Origin: Antedon mediterranea
Taxonomy: Eukaryota; Animalia; Echinodermata
Direction of reading: 5' to 3'
Length of the DNA stretch: 64,000 bases
Assembly: GCF_964355755.1 (NCBI RefSeq)
Contig: NC_092671.1
Location: 32,932,304 to 32,996,303 of the forward strand
Translations under genes and position numbers: made by a program
Shown here: piece after piece, positions 35,455 through 49,634 of the stretch
How positions within the stretch are numbered: the stretch's first letter is position 1
Layout: each line of letters starts with the position of its first letter
The notes under the pieces: model-generated
What the model was told of the DNA's origin: nothing
Seen by the model: only the letters and a program-made list of their open reading frames with translations
The model's database searches: none

Positions 35455-36690
35455 TTTTTTATTTTGTTTAATTGTTTTTCTCTATTAATTTATACTTTGT
35501 ATATAGGGAATTAAACATTTTGTGAAAATATTGTAAAAACAATAATTTATATATACATACACATAACATGCCAATAACAAATTAGTAATTGATTAAACAT
35601 GCATTTTTTTGTAAAAAATATATGTTGATTGCATGGTTTTAGAAAGTTTTTAATGAGCCAGCAAGAAACGCTAATGTAACAACCGCCCCTCTTCATAATC
35701 TTATTTTGTTGTACATGTTACCACATATAGACCTAATATAATCGAAATTTGATTAACCTTCCATGGATTAAGTTTTTTATGTTATTATACATAGTCTGTA
35801 TATAGGGTATAAATGAATTATATATATAAAAAAAATACATACCGAAAATAATTATATAACATTAGTAAATGTATCGTCTACAATGAAATAGTTATTATTA
35901 TTATTATTAGAAATAATTGTATTAATCTGTTGAAGATGAAATGAATAAATAGTGGTTAACGCCACAAAAGAGAGAAAAAAAAGTATTTTATGTTATTATA
36001 CATTAATTCAATTACACCAGAAAGGCCATATACATGGCTGCAGTCGCGTGCTCAAGCCGACCGATCGACCAACCGACCACATAGAGTCGCGTTACACGCG
36101 ACTAACAATAAAAGCAACTTCCACAAAACCAACCTACAATATTCTAAAATACCAATTTGCACCAACGCTGATGTTGTTATAGATTGGATTGTGGAAGTAC
36201 GGTAACTATGGTTTGAATCAGACAATTGCAACTGTCATGAATTCTGTTCTTAAAACTATTATGTATTGGAATATTATAACTGTTAAATCATGTTAAAGAA
36301 TCAAGATACTTGTTTTATTTCCGAATCTGTTCATTACTAGTCTTATTTGTTGTATTGTAAATATTACACATTGAAATGACATAAAGTGTTACCAACATTT
36401 TTTATTCATAAATTAATGTCATTAAATGATATAAAACATAGTATGTGTGATGTAAAATATTAAAAACTAAATCAAGAGTATTAACCGCACTGTATTCTAC
36501 CGTATTTTGTTTTAAACGACGACAAAGACATAACAATGTGATGATGTAAATTTGAGGGTACGTATAACCTGCGACTCGACCAGGAGGACACATCCAACAT
36601 CTCCCTCCAAGAGCCCCTTTCGTGTGTTTAGTGACCAAATGTAAATACGCTATCAACAGCAGGGACATTCCATACTCTTCCGAAAGGAGT

Positions 36691-36897
36691 GGAGTTGTGG
36701 CTTGGTGGATATGATGATTGGCTACCACTCCAAGGGTCCTGGGTTCAAGTCCCGTCACATGTCTCCACTCCAAAAGACTTTGTTTAAGTAGAGCATCTTG
36801 TGTATAATGTTTGTCTTGTGAACCTCTGAGGGTCTCTAATGATCAGCAATTGCTGGATGGATCAACCTCATTAAATATTGTAAAACAATAAAAAAAA
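36691..36897 (+). mobile_element. tRNA-derived SINE
   Basis: A box TGGCTTGGTGG, B box GGTTCAAGTCC, LINE-like 3' stem-loop and A-rich tail. Confidence 0.7.
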
Positions 36898-37341
36898 GAT
36901 GTACTGGTTTCTTTTGTGATTTGTACACCACTGGACAACCAATTTTAATTCTTTATCTGATAAGAAATTCACCAGAACCACGGTCGAAGAGATGCTTCAA
37001 CCTGGTTTACGACGGTGCCATACCCCCACGGCCCGGACTCAACGTACGGTACATAAACATGACGTTCATACTTAGCTAAAATGGGGTTAATGATATGGGC
37101 TAATATAAGAGAGTATACTAATTTGGAAAAAAAGAATTCCAGAGAACTAATTTATAGTGACATCGAAAAAGATGTAATATAATAATTAATTAATCTTATC
37201 ATAAATTCGTAGCAAACGACTCTTTCTGGAAAACAGAACAATAAGCAAAATATAGTTTTAATACGTTTCTTTTCTAATTACCTAATGTTACTCAGAAATT
37301 GTTCTTGAACACAGCAATTTAGAACACTATTTTGCCTATTA

Positions 37342-40325
37342 CTCTAGTAGCTAGATCAACTTTCGTATGCACTTTGAGGTCCAGAGAATTTGACTTCAGA
37401 AATTGGTTTAGGGTGGTCAAACAATCATTTTTGGCTTGGTTACACATTTTGAAAATGTGGCGAAAGGTCAAAAGGTCAGGGTCAAAGGTTATAAAATCAA
37501 ACACCATTATGTCCTTAAATCTCGACAACCACTTGTCACAGCGAGGTAATTTTGGTCTTAAATTAATCAGAAGGTATACATTTATATTCAGTCTAATGAA
37601 ACATTTTAGTCGAAAATGACCGGAAATGCCATTTCTGACCTTTGACCCATAAACCAGGGCATGTCTGTATCTCCGTAACTATTGGCCGTAGTGACTTGAA
37701 TTTGGGCTCAAATTGTTCGAAATATACATTTAGTTATTTGATACACATTTTGAAAAATGTTACAAAAGGTCAAAGGGTCAAGGTCAAGGGTTATTTGAAC
37801 AAATAAGAAAAGGTACTTGTATCTCGGCAACCACTGGTCGCAGCAAGACAATTTTGGTCTCAAAATGTTCAGAAGGCATGCATTTATATTCCATCTAATG
37901 GGGCATTTTAGTCAAAAATGATCAGAAATGCCATTTCTGACCTTTGACCCACATACCAGGGCATCTTCATATCTCTGTAAGTACAGGTCGTAGAAACTTA
38001 AATTTGGTATCAAATTGTTCGAAATATACATATTTACATTCATTGTAATAGAAAATGTGGTTAAAAGATGAACAGAAATACTATTACTAATGTTTCAAAC
38101 AAAAAACATATCTACACAACTTATCCTATAGACAGTAATGTTATGCAATAACTGATACTTTAAATTGTTTTAATTTCAAGTTATTGCTGTCCCCAAGGAC
38201 ATTTTGATAGAAACGTTAAGTTCAACAGTTCTTTTCAGAATGCTAGAAGTAACTTGCCATATGTATCCGATTAAACGCTCCAGGCATTTATTGTTCAAAA
38301 GGGTTTTTAGGGGGAAAGGAGGCATCTTTATTTGGGGTATAATATGGTAACATGTATAATCAAATAAATACCACCTAGATGTAAAAAAATACTGCACAAT
38401 TAATATCAAAAAGTGATAAAATTATGTCAAAATGCTTGGTAAATTGTAGATTATGGTAGTTAATGAAATGTGTTGACGTCATACAATTATTCTGTAAATG
38501 CATGTGGCGGGGCGTTTATTCCACATGGTGTTCTATTGGAGGGAATGGTGGCGTTTATTTGAAGGAATACTCTAATTTTAATAATTGTATTTCGTTTCTC
38601 AACTGATAAAAGGTACTTTACATGATTCGTTTTCCTCTTTATGCTTTTTAACGAAATGTTTCTGTCTTTTAAAATAAAAGTGATAGATTCCATTAAATGG
38701 ATCTTCTCCTCCAGGTGCCAGTATAATGATATAAAACAATGACACATCATTATCCTGACACGATTGCACTCATAATGGATCTTCATTCTATCATCTATTT
38801 GTTTGTAACTACAATTTGACAACAATCTTTTGCATAGTTTTAAATGCCAATACATAGTTTCATTACTATTGTACAAATGTCCAGCTTTCCTGAAAACACC
38901 CTTGTGTACTGTAGTACAGTGTTGTAGTATGATTTTATCATGATAAACTTCTGATGCTTTTATTGTCAATGCATTCAGTACCTAAAACATGTCAAAGTTT
39001 CTAGTGGTATTGATAATAAATCTCCAGAAATATATATTGTTTTATTATCTACACTGGGAACAGACGTGTATGTATAAGTTTTGTCGTTGACATTCAAAAC
39101 TATTATGCAACAGTGTTACGTAATAATGACAATGACTAATTGGTTTATTATTGTGGTCTCCGATACCTTTTATTACATGATTGTACTTCCTCCAGGATAG
39201 AATGAGGTTTAATCCCGTTATTATTCTTATTATATATATATATTTTTTTTATATATATATCTGGGGTGTATTTATTTGATTATATATGTTACCATTATTA
39301 CACCCAACAAAATAAACACCTTCCCTGAATAAATAAATGCCAGAGGATTTTATTCGGGTAACTACAGTAAATTACTTCTAGCATTCTCAAAATGTTTGAA
39401 CGTTCGGGGGTCAACAATACTTTCTAGCATTATTATAAGCAAAAGTACAATTATTACAAACAGTAAAGGATTTGTTTTAATTCCTACAGTATAATGAAAT
39501 CATTAAGCATCAATTATTGCATAACATTACTGTCTAATGATAAGTTAGGTAGATATGTTTTCATTTAAAAGATTAGTAATTAATAGTATATCTGATCATC
39601 TTTTATCCAAATTTTCTGTTAGAATGAATGTAAATATGTGTATTTCTAACAATTTGATACTAAATTTAAGTTTCTACGACCTGTACTTACAGAGATAAGA
39701 AGATGCCCTGGTATGTATGTCAAAGGTCAGAAATGTCATTTCCGGTCATTTTTTACTAAAATGTTTCATTAGACTGAATATGAATGTATACCTTCTGAAC
39801 ATTTTGAGACCAAAATTTACTCGCTGTGACCAGTGGTTGCCGAGATACAAATACCTATTTGTGTTTATTCATATAACCCCTGGCCTTGACCTTTTGACCT
39901 TTTGTAACATTGTTCAAAATGTGTAACAAGTAACTAAATGTATATTTCGAACAATTTGAGCCCAAATTCAAGTCACTACGGCCAATAGTTACGGAGATAC
40001 AGACATGCCCTGGTTTATGGGTCAAAGGTCAGAAATGGCATTTCCGGTCATTTTCGACTAAAATGTTTCATTAGACTGAATATAAATGTATACCTTCTGA
40101 TTAATTTAAGACCAAAATTACCTCGCTGTGACCAGTGGTTGTCGAGATTTAAGGACATAATGGTGTTTGATTTTATAACCTTTGACCCTGACCTTTTGAC
40201 CTTTCGCCACATTTTCAAAATGTGTAACCAAGCCAAAAATGATTGTTTGACCACCCTAAACCAATTTCTGAAGTCAAATTCTCTGGACCTCAAAGTGCAT
40301 ACGAAAGTTGATCTAGCTACTAGAG
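37342..40325. mobile_element. 3-kb foldback element with ~1-kb inverted arms, TA flanks
   Basis: TA|CTCTAGTAGCTAGATC...GATCTAGCTACTAGAG|TA; mirror ORFs 37332/40048 and 37319/40139; arms traceable to ~38380/39260. Confidence 0.9.
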
Positions 40326-40699
40326 TATATGTCATGCCGCTTCCGGGGATATTATTTACTTTTATTTGGTTTAGCTTTTCATTCTACAATAATCACCAAC
40401 CACAACAGATACAGATACAGATAGATACTTTATCTACAGAATTCACCTAATTCGTCGGAGGCTTATTAGTGTTGCCGATAGTGGATCCGACAAACAGACG
40501 CGTATATTTCACCATATGGGGCGGGGTTGGGTGGGGGGATGGGATCCTATAGCAATTACTAATAAAAAAAAATTAACGTTCAGAATGGAATATATTTTGA
40601 GTTGATATATGATGCACGATAACAAGTTTCAGACGGATTGCGCAAGGGCTTCTTATTTTTCTTTTCGCGACTTTTTCCATGTAAAGATAGCCATCGATG

Positions 40700-43600
40700 G
40701 TGTAATAGAAATGTTGTTGTTGGCGATTTTAATATATGTACTTTAACAAAGTCATCTTTATTGAATAGCTATAATCAAATTCTAAATACAGTTTGCTTCA
40801 TGCCTCGATCATATATTATGTAATAATGAGAATAAGATAAGCCAATCCGGTACAATCGCAACAGGTCTAAGCGATCACTTAATGACATTTTGTACACGGA
40901 AAACTATTAAACTTAAGTTCAATGGACATAAAAATGTATATATCAGATCACTAAAAAACTATACCGTTGATCAATTTAGAAACATACTAATAGATATCGA
41001 TTGGTCAGTAGTTACCTCTATCGGAGATGTAAATGAAGCTCTGTATAAATTTAATGCATTACTTTTGGCTGCTATTGATTCCATTGCCCCCTTAAAAACA
41101 TTAGGATGAAACAAAGAACGGAACCATGGTTAACTAGAGAAATATTACAAGACATTGAAACCAGAGATAAATTATTAAATATGTATAATAAAAACAAGAA
41201 TAATACCGACTTATTAATACAATTTCGCAAACTAAGAAATAAAATACAGTGTGATATAAATAAAGCTAAATCAAATCATTTGTTAAACAAGGCTGAAGAA
41301 AATAAAAATAACCCTAAAAAATTATGGAAAATGTTTAAAGGTCTAGGCTATAGTAATAAATCTAAGGATAGTGCTAAAACGGTTATTGACCTGCCCAATG
41401 GTACTAAATGTTTCGACCCAGCCAAAATTGCTTCTTGCTTCAACGAATATTTTACTACTATTGCAGCCAATTTGGTCAGTAAACTTCCATCCCCAAAGAA
41501 TGTGTATGACTGTAGTCGTCCAAACTTAGTGGCAATAACTTTATGCTCAACTCAGTGGACGAAGACTTTATATATAGTGAATTAAACAAACTTAATGCGT
41601 CAAAAGGCACGGGTGTCGATAAGATACCTCCACGCTTCATAAAAGATGGGGCTGAAATTCAAAAAGTTCCCATTACCTACATAATTAATTTATCAATTAG
41701 TATCAGTACTGTCCCAGAAGACATGAAAAAGGCCAAGGTCATACCTCTTTATAAAAAAGGTAGTAGAACCGATATTGGAAACTATCGCCCTATAAGTATA
41801 CTCAGTACAATGTCTAAAATTTTAGAGAAGGCTGTTTTTATTCAAATCGAAAAATACCTTACTGAAAACAACGTATTGTATAAATATCAATCTGGATTTC
41901 GAGCTGCCTTCTATACTGACACATGTTTGATAGACTTAGTTGATTCCCTCAAAACCCAAACTTCGAAGGGAAATTTCTCGGGTATGGTGTTGGTCGATTT
42001 AAAGAAGGCTTTTGACACTGTGGATCATGACATTTTATGTAATAAGCTTAAATTAATAGGTATTGGATCTATTGAATGGTTCAAATCTTACTTGTCAATA
42101 AGAAAGCAAATAGTAACTGTTGATGATTATTGCTCTCAATCGTGTACTGTTACATGCGGGGTTCCTCAAGGAAGTATCCTTGGACCCCTTTTGTTCTTAT
42201 GTTTTGTTAATGACATGGGGGAGGGGTTGCAGTTTATGTAAATAGAGGAGGATGTTTTACTTGTAAACTAAGAAATGATTTCATGAAAATGGAGCTTGAG
42301 ATAGTAGTAATCGAACTTTGTAAACCAAAAACTAAACCAATCATTTTAATAGCATGGTACCGCCCACCAAACTCAAAAATTCAACTTTTAGATATTTTTT
42401 AACAAATTTTAGAAGAAAACGAATGTCTAAACAAAGAAATAATAATAATAGGAGATGTCAATTGTGACACACTTTCACAAAACCCTACTTGCTATACACA
42501 AAAATTAATGGATATAACTAATAACCAATTATAACTGAACCGACAAGGATAACAAACCAAAGTAAAACTCTGATTGATCATTTTTATACATCCTTTCCAA
42601 ACAGAATTTCTTCCTCGGGTGTACTTAACACAGGAATTAGTGATCATTCAGCTATTTACGCTGTCATTGGTAAAGAAGAAAAACCAAAACATAACCATAA
42701 ATATAAAACAAAAAGGAACTATAATAACCTTGATGAGGAAAAACTACAAATTGATATGTTAAATGTAAATTGGCATGAAATAACTTCATATACAAATGTG
42801 AATGACGCTCTGCAGTTTTTTGAAGACAAGTTTTTACAAATTGTTAATAAACATGTACCTTTAAAGAAAAAACGGGTTCGAAATAAAGATAGCCCATGGC
42901 TCACAAAAAATGTAATATTACAAATGCGAAAACGTGACTCAATGAAAAAAAGAGCGAGTAAAGAAAATTGTCCTCAATTATGGAACGAATACCGTGAATT
43001 AAAAAACAAAGTAAATTACGATATCAGGAGATCAAAAAAAGATTATTTCTCTGAACAATTAAATACAAAAGATTCCAAAATAATCTGGAAAAACATAAGA
43101 TATATTGTACCATCTAAGAATAAAAAAAGTGTTATAAGTAGTATAAATACAATAAATGGCCTTGAAACAGATTCTTACAAGATAGCTAATACTTTAAATG
43201 AGTTTTTTGCAAACATAGGACCTAACCTAGCTAAACAAATTCCTCAATTTGAAAATAACCATGTAAATTATGAATACCCAAATCAAGGTGAAGACAAAAT
43301 AAATTTCACACTTGTTGACGAGGAATATGTATATAAACAAATGTTATCATTATCTGACAAAAAGGCTACAGGAACTGATGAAATTCCTGCTAAACTAATC
43401 AAATTAGCAATCAACTCAATTGTACAACCCATTACATTTTTAATTAATTTATCTCTAAGAACCAGCGACTTCCCAAGTAAATGGAAAAATGCACGAATAT
43501 GCCCAATTTTTAAAAATGGCGACCGAAGTGAACCATCTAACTACAGGCCAATTTCTGTACTACCAATTTTATCGAAAATTATTGAACGCGCTGTCTTTGA

Positions 43601-46227
43601 CCAACTCTATCCAAAAATCAACCCTAAATTATACAATCAACAATCTGGATTTAGGCCAAATTACTCGACATCATCGGCATTAATAAATATAACTGAAGAT
43701 TGGATTGACAGTATTGAAAATGGTAAATACATAGGACTAATGATGCTTGATCTCAAAAAAGCTTTCGACACTGTTAATCACCAGATACTAATAAAAAAAC
43801 TACACAATTTTAATTTTGCTAATCATGTTATCAATTGGTTTGAAAATTATTTAACAAATCGTACACATATTACTAATATTAACAATATTGATTCGGTAAA
43901 GTCTAATAGTGTTTGTGGAATCCCTCAGGGATCAATATTAGGGCCCCTTCTATTTATCATGTATATTAATGATCTACCTAACTCAGTTTCTCATGTAAAT
44001 GTAAGCATGTACGCAGATGACACTGCGTTATATTATGCATCTAAAGACATACACGATATAATAAGCAAAGTAAATACTGATCTAAAACATGTACAACTAT
44101 GGTTAGCAAGTAACACATTAAGTCTAAACATTAAAAAGACTGAATATATGATTTTAGGAACACATCAAAAATTAAATAAATTGATTAACATGGATATTAA
44201 TATTAATAATATATTAGACGGTACAAAACTTGAAAAAGTAAATAACTGTAAACATTTAGGTGTCATTATCGATGAAAATTTAAAATGGCATAAACAAATA
44301 GATCAGGTGAAAAATAAAGTAATATCAGGTCTGTACTATCTAAAGAAATGCAGCAATATTTTCCCTCAAAATATTCAATCATTAATGTACAAATCTATCA
44401 TAGCCCACCATTTTGACTACTGCAATGTAGTATGGGGTCGTTGTAACCAAACCCTCAAATATAAACTCCAAGTACTCCAAAATAGAGCGGCTAAAATAAT
44501 TACACATACATCATGACTCTAGCTCACAGGCGCTCAAAGATTTAAATTGGCCTAATTTAGAAGAAAACAATATTACAACGAAGCAGTCACAATGTATACA
44601 ATAATGAATAACTTGACACCATCCTACTTAAGAAACAGATTCTATGAACGCAAACAAACATATAATACTAGATCAAAAGATATTCTAAGTTTACATAAGG
44701 CAAACACTGAGTATAAAAAGAAAAGTTTCTCGTATTCTGGCGCAAAGCTATGGAATAGTTTAAATGCTATAAACTCAAATGCAATTACAGCTCCTAATAT
44801 ACATATACAGTATTAAAAAAAATGATAAATGACCAAAGATAAAATATACTTGAAACTCTATATTTTTTCATGAAATCTTTGTTGTTGTTGTTGTTGTTGT
44901 TGTTTTTGTACTGTAAATGATAACTTGTGTAATAGTATAAATAGTTTTGTAGTAAGTAACGGCCTTGTGAAAAACACCAATTATGGTGATTCAAGTGTTG
45001 CATCCGTTTTTAAATAAAGTTGTTATTATTATTATTATTATTATTAATATTATTATAACTTGTATTGATCCTGATTATAAACTCTTTCTATACGCTGATG
45101 ACAGTGCAATTGTTTATTCACACAGAAATCCAGATATTATTTCTAAGAAGCTAAGGTCAACACTAGACTCCTTGTGTGATTGGCTTGTAGACAATAAATT
45201 AACAATTAACCTGGATAAAACTGAGTGTATACTATTTGGTTCTAAGAGAAAAACTAAAAATGTTAACAATTTTAATGTCTCAACAAATGGTAACAATATC
45301 AACACTAGTAATTGTGTCAAGTATCTAGGTAGGCCTATTGAAATAGATCAAAATTTAACGTGTTCTGAATATGCATGTAAAACCATTAAGAAAATCAATA
45401 ATAGGCTTAAGTTTATGTACCGCCAACGTAAGATACTAAGTTGTAAGAATCGTAAACTATTATGCTCTGCTCTCATCCAATGTGTTTTTTACTATGCTGC
45501 ATCTTCTTGGTTCTGTGGAACCAGTAAAGCTATCCAAAGAAAACTACAAATTGCACAAAACAAAATGGTTAGACTCATAAAAGGAGTTGAACCCAGAAGA
45601 CATATAGGTGCTGATCAATTAGACGATTATGGATTGTTAAATGTAAAATATCGAGTAAAGTTCTTGCAAATTAGCCAAGTTCATAAGATATTTATGGGCA
45701 GAAGTGCTTCATACCTAAATGAAAACTTTCGTAGAGTTAATAACTTACATGGTCACTTCACTCGTGGTAGTAAACTCAATTTCGTTGTACCTAAAGTCCA
45801 AGGCATAGAATGCAATACATTCTATTTTAATGCAATCAGAGAATGGAATAACCTTCCTGACTATATTAAACAAATTTCCAACACATCTAAATTTAAAACT
45901 GAATTGAAACAATATTTCAAAATTAAACATAGATAAATTATTATTGTGCCATTATATCAGATGTTTTGCTTATATATTTATGAACCCCGTCTCATAATGT
46001 TTGTTTTTACTATCTTTTTAGGGACCACATTGGAATTACGTTGTTTTACTTTAAACGACTTTATGTGTTTTCCCGTGCATCGTCAGACTTCATTAATCCC
46101 GCCATTTTTATTTGCTTTTTTGATGTATTTTAATATTTAAGGTGATAATTTATATTTTTGATGTATTTTTAATGTTATGTATATATTGAGATGCCAAATA
46201 AATGAAAGAAAGAAAGAAAGAAAGAAA
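40700..46227 (+). mobile_element. Outer LINE (CR1/L2-group), 5'-truncated, frameshifted, split by an inner LINE
   Basis: EN VGDFN and SDH, PWLT, YRPISIL, GVPQGSILGPLLF..NDM| resumes |ITCIDPDYKLFLYADD at 45055; AATAAA+(GAAA)n tail. Confidence 0.92.
42218..45054 (+). mobile_element. Inner LINE (CR1/L2-group), 5'-truncated, degenerate
   Basis: Starts in EN (GGVAVYV, WYRPP), RT ORF 42756-44516 with YADD, ends AATAAA+(TTA)n. Confidence 0.92.
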
Positions 46228-46812
46228 GACTTTGTACCAAAATGTAAGATTATAATTATCAATTTGTGAATTCAGATTTAATTAAGTGACGACTTTCCTC
46301 AGCTGCTGACGGATGATTAGAAACTCAATAATAAAGGTAGGCCTATGTGACAATTACATTTATTGGGTGACATGATTAGGTTGATTTATTGAAAATTGTT
46401 GGTTTATCAAAACTGAATATAATAATGTTTAATGGGTTATACTCGTTCTAAACCAGTAAACGTACTCAAGTTCAAGAAGACAGTTTTGTTAAGCTGATCA
46501 GCCTAACTTGGTTAACTTTGAGGAAGTTTTATTTCTGGTTTATTTTTTAATATCCATTATACACAGATCATCTATAGTATTGCGACATGAAGTTATCCAC
46601 TATATTTTGTCTTGAGCAGGATGGTTTTGTGTTCTGTGTTTTTTTTTTTTCATTTTTGTGATCCATGTAGTTTGGTCTTCTCAGACCAACTGTTAAATTC
46701 GTTTAGTGTAATTGTTGTCTTAACACGTCCATTGTAGTTTTGTAAGGCATAACCAACTGTATTGAAATATTGTATCGATTTACAGGCAGGCCTGTGAACT
46801 TCAAATTCGACA

Positions 46813-47124
46813 ATGTCTACGCAGTTAGGATGCGTACCACAGAGTGGTGTTTTTCCGGCTGCCGTAGAAGAAGTGGAGCAGCAGTGGTCTAGAAATTTTA
46901 CTTTGACGGATGGTCAGTCTTTGACTGAAACACTTGAGGTTTACAAGAAAAGGACTTTTCCTGAAGGACATGTGGATGAAGAAGCATTGAAAAGAACAAG
47001 AAAAATTCATTCTGCTAGAAAGGCACCGAAGCCTGTCGACCAGTCGTCACCGTCAGCTACATATAGGGAAGACAATGTTTCAAGAACGAAGAAATTTAAA
47101 ATACGGAAAATAACAATAACATAA
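46813..47124 (+). CDS. Small orphan protein B (103 aa)
   Basis: Donor AAG|GTAG 46337, acceptor tatcgatttacag 46785, ATG 27 nt downstream; similarity to protein A. Confidence 0.5.
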   Translation: MSTQLGCVPQSGVFPAAVEEVEQQWSRNFTLTDGQSLTETLEVYKKRTFPEGHVDEEALKRTRKIHSARKAPKPVDQSSPSATYREDNVSRTKKFKIRKITIT

Positions 47125-47436
47125 TTATTAGTATATTAGGCCTATTAATATTCAGGAAACCAAAAAAAAGTCTAATCACTATTGTTACACATTAGTCCTA
47201 AATAATGAAAGAAACTTTAGAAAGAAAGAAATTTCAAAATAAAAATAGTCTAATCTAAGCCTATTATGAGAAAGCGATTGAGAGAGAATAATTTTATTAT
47301 AAACGTTTTGCTACTGCCCGCATCCGACCATCATTTTAAAGCTTTTTATTTACAATTAAAAACACATTCACAATTATCTAATATGATCCGATATCACAAC
47401 TCGTTAAGCCTTCACTGATTGTGAGGGCGTTTGTTG

Positions 47437-47538
47437 TATGAGAGAATGTATCTGGTGGGTGAAAATCTGTGATAATAGGCCTACCATAAATATATGGTGA
47501 TCACAGATTTTCACCGACCACAGATACATTCTCTCATA
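47437..47538. repeat. ~100-bp hairpin (MITE-like)
   Basis: tatgagagaatgtatctg..gtgaaaatctgtgat / atcacagattttcac..cagatacattctctcata. Confidence 0.8.
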
Positions 47539-47815
47539 TTATGGCTATGTGGTCTAGTGGTATGATACTCGCCCTGTAAGGCATAATAGGCATAGAAATT
47601 AATTCTAAACCGCCCGGTGATATACTGAAATTTACTTAATTAATTTGAAACGATAAGATAAAGAAATCTGTGAATCTTTGCTCCAACCGAAACCCGAACC
47701 CGGACCTCCTGCTTGATATGCTGATGTCCTAACTATTAGACCACTGGGGCTTTCATGGTATAGTTCAAACCCGACCGGATAGCGACTCTTTAACATTCTC
47801 GGCGGGGTACTATAA

Positions 47816-48388
47816 TTATATTGTTAAGAATATGGGATTTATCGGACAAAAATACTATTTCATCTAAATCATTGCATCATTAGGTATTATACACAGTTGT
47901 GTAATACCAGGGAAGAGAATTTAACTCTTCCCTGGTAATACTTTATATTTAATCTCAACTAACTGGTGAATAGTATTGATTCAGTGCATACCGGTAATTG
48001 CTAAATTAATTTATGGTATGTTTGCATATTTGCATTTAGGAAGAGGAAATATGATTATATCTTTATAACAGCAAATAAAGACTGCTATATTATTTACTTT
48101 TATTAATCGTTGCGATCTTTTCCATGTAAAGACAACGACCAAAGGACTTTGCACAGCAGCTATATGGGACATAATCAACAATCGGTCCAATTCAATAAAG
48201 TTCGATCAGTTGCAACCTCTGTTGGCGGACATTTAGTTTCATTGGTTAAAAATAAAGGTACGTGTAAATCATTATGTTGGATTACAATTCGCAACCATTT
48301 TCAATTTTGTTTATTAGTTTAAAATATATTGATTTCTATTCCGTCCGTAGACCTAACTTTCAAATGTATGTCGACGCTGGTGTAGAAA
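47816..48388 (+). repeat. Diverged direct duplicate of 33348-33980 (promoter/exon 1/intron of gene A)
   Basis: Collinear matches including ttccatgtaaagaca, cagcagctat, aatcaacaatcggtc, gttggcggac, donor, ccgtag acceptor, tatgtcgac. Confidence 0.85.
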
Positions 48389-49634
48389 ACTAATCACAGT
48401 TACGCGTCGTATATCGTATTAAACTTTACAGTCGGGAATTGCCAGGGCCAGGGCCCTGAAAATTGAATTTATTATACTTCGAAATATGAACAAAATAATT
48501 ATCTCCAGGATCAGCCCTACCATGGTTGGACTGGGCTAAGAAAATATTGAAATAGAACCGCTAGGTACTCGTTAATTGCATTTATACATTTAAATAGGAA
48601 AGGAAACAAAATTATAAGTTCACAGGACCAGCCTACCATGATTGCGGTGTGTAGCCCCGCCTACTGCATAGTTCTGTGGAAGATGCACCTCTCGCAACAT
48701 ATTAAAGATATATTGTCCCCCTAAAAATATTTAATTTTTTTTGTTGTTGAATATGTTATTTTAATGTCACATAATAGTTATTCACTCTCACAAAAAATTG
48801 GGTCTGAAAAAATTTTATTTACCTGAGAAAAATGTAATTTAAAGCAAAAAATTGTCAAATTGTCTGGAAGACAATGAGTTTTTGGGTAATCTAACTGTTT
48901 ATTTTGTCTTTTTATAGGTGAAATAATTTTTTTTTTCCCCGTTTTTTTTCTTATGGAAGTGAACAACTTCATTAAAACTGCAAAATGGCCTATTCAAAGT
49001 CCGATTTAAAAAATCTTTATTTTTCATGATTTTGGTGGACAATACATCTTTAACCTTCCTTTCGTTCGTAACAGCTACTATACTCAATACCATTACAAGG
49101 TGTACGGCGCTTACGATACGAAAGTCATGCATCAATGATTTTACCTCCATTATTAAGATTAGATTTTAAGATTATTTTATTCATGATTTAGGCGATTTTC
49201 CATGAAAATAAATAAATAATGTTGTTAATTATATTTTTTAGGCTACATTTTTAAAATAAAATCAACAATTGGTGCATTTGAATCAATTTACCATTCACCA
49301 GTGACCACTGGACGTGTCGAAAAGCATAGGCCTATTGTAAGTGATATTCTTTTTGTTTAAATGTTGACATAAGATTGGATTACCGTATGATATGGCTTAA
49401 TAAACAAATTGTGTACTTGAATATCTTAATTTAGTATTATCCCGTTCGAAGAATCCTCTTGCAAAACTCCAAACAAAACGGGGCGCACACATAAAAACGC
49501 CAGTGTTGACGCCCCTCGTGTGGAACTCCTCCGATGTGGAAGACTAGTTAGACATAACAGTTTATATCGATTTGCAGATAGGCTAAGCTATCGTGGAATT
49601 AGTGTCAACGTGTGACTCCACTTCGAAATAAAGC

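Noticed and set aside
38487-38969. 160-aa ORF in the foldback centre as a transposase remnant
   Set aside because: No DDE or DNA-binding motif recognisable; composition typical of random AT-rich ORFs.
37319-40450. Pairs of near-identical ORFs on opposite strands
   Set aside because: Products of the foldback arms; no protein motifs.
44983-45936. 317-aa ORF with poly-Ile N-terminus as a membrane-anchored RT
   Set aside because: The poly-Ile is the inner LINE's (TTA)n tail read into the resumed outer LINE; a chimeric artefact.
47543-47583. tRNA gene (GGCTATGTGGTCTAGTGGTATGATACTCGCC)
   Set aside because: Only a 5' half with an A box; no T arm or B box; truncated SINE/tRNA fragment.
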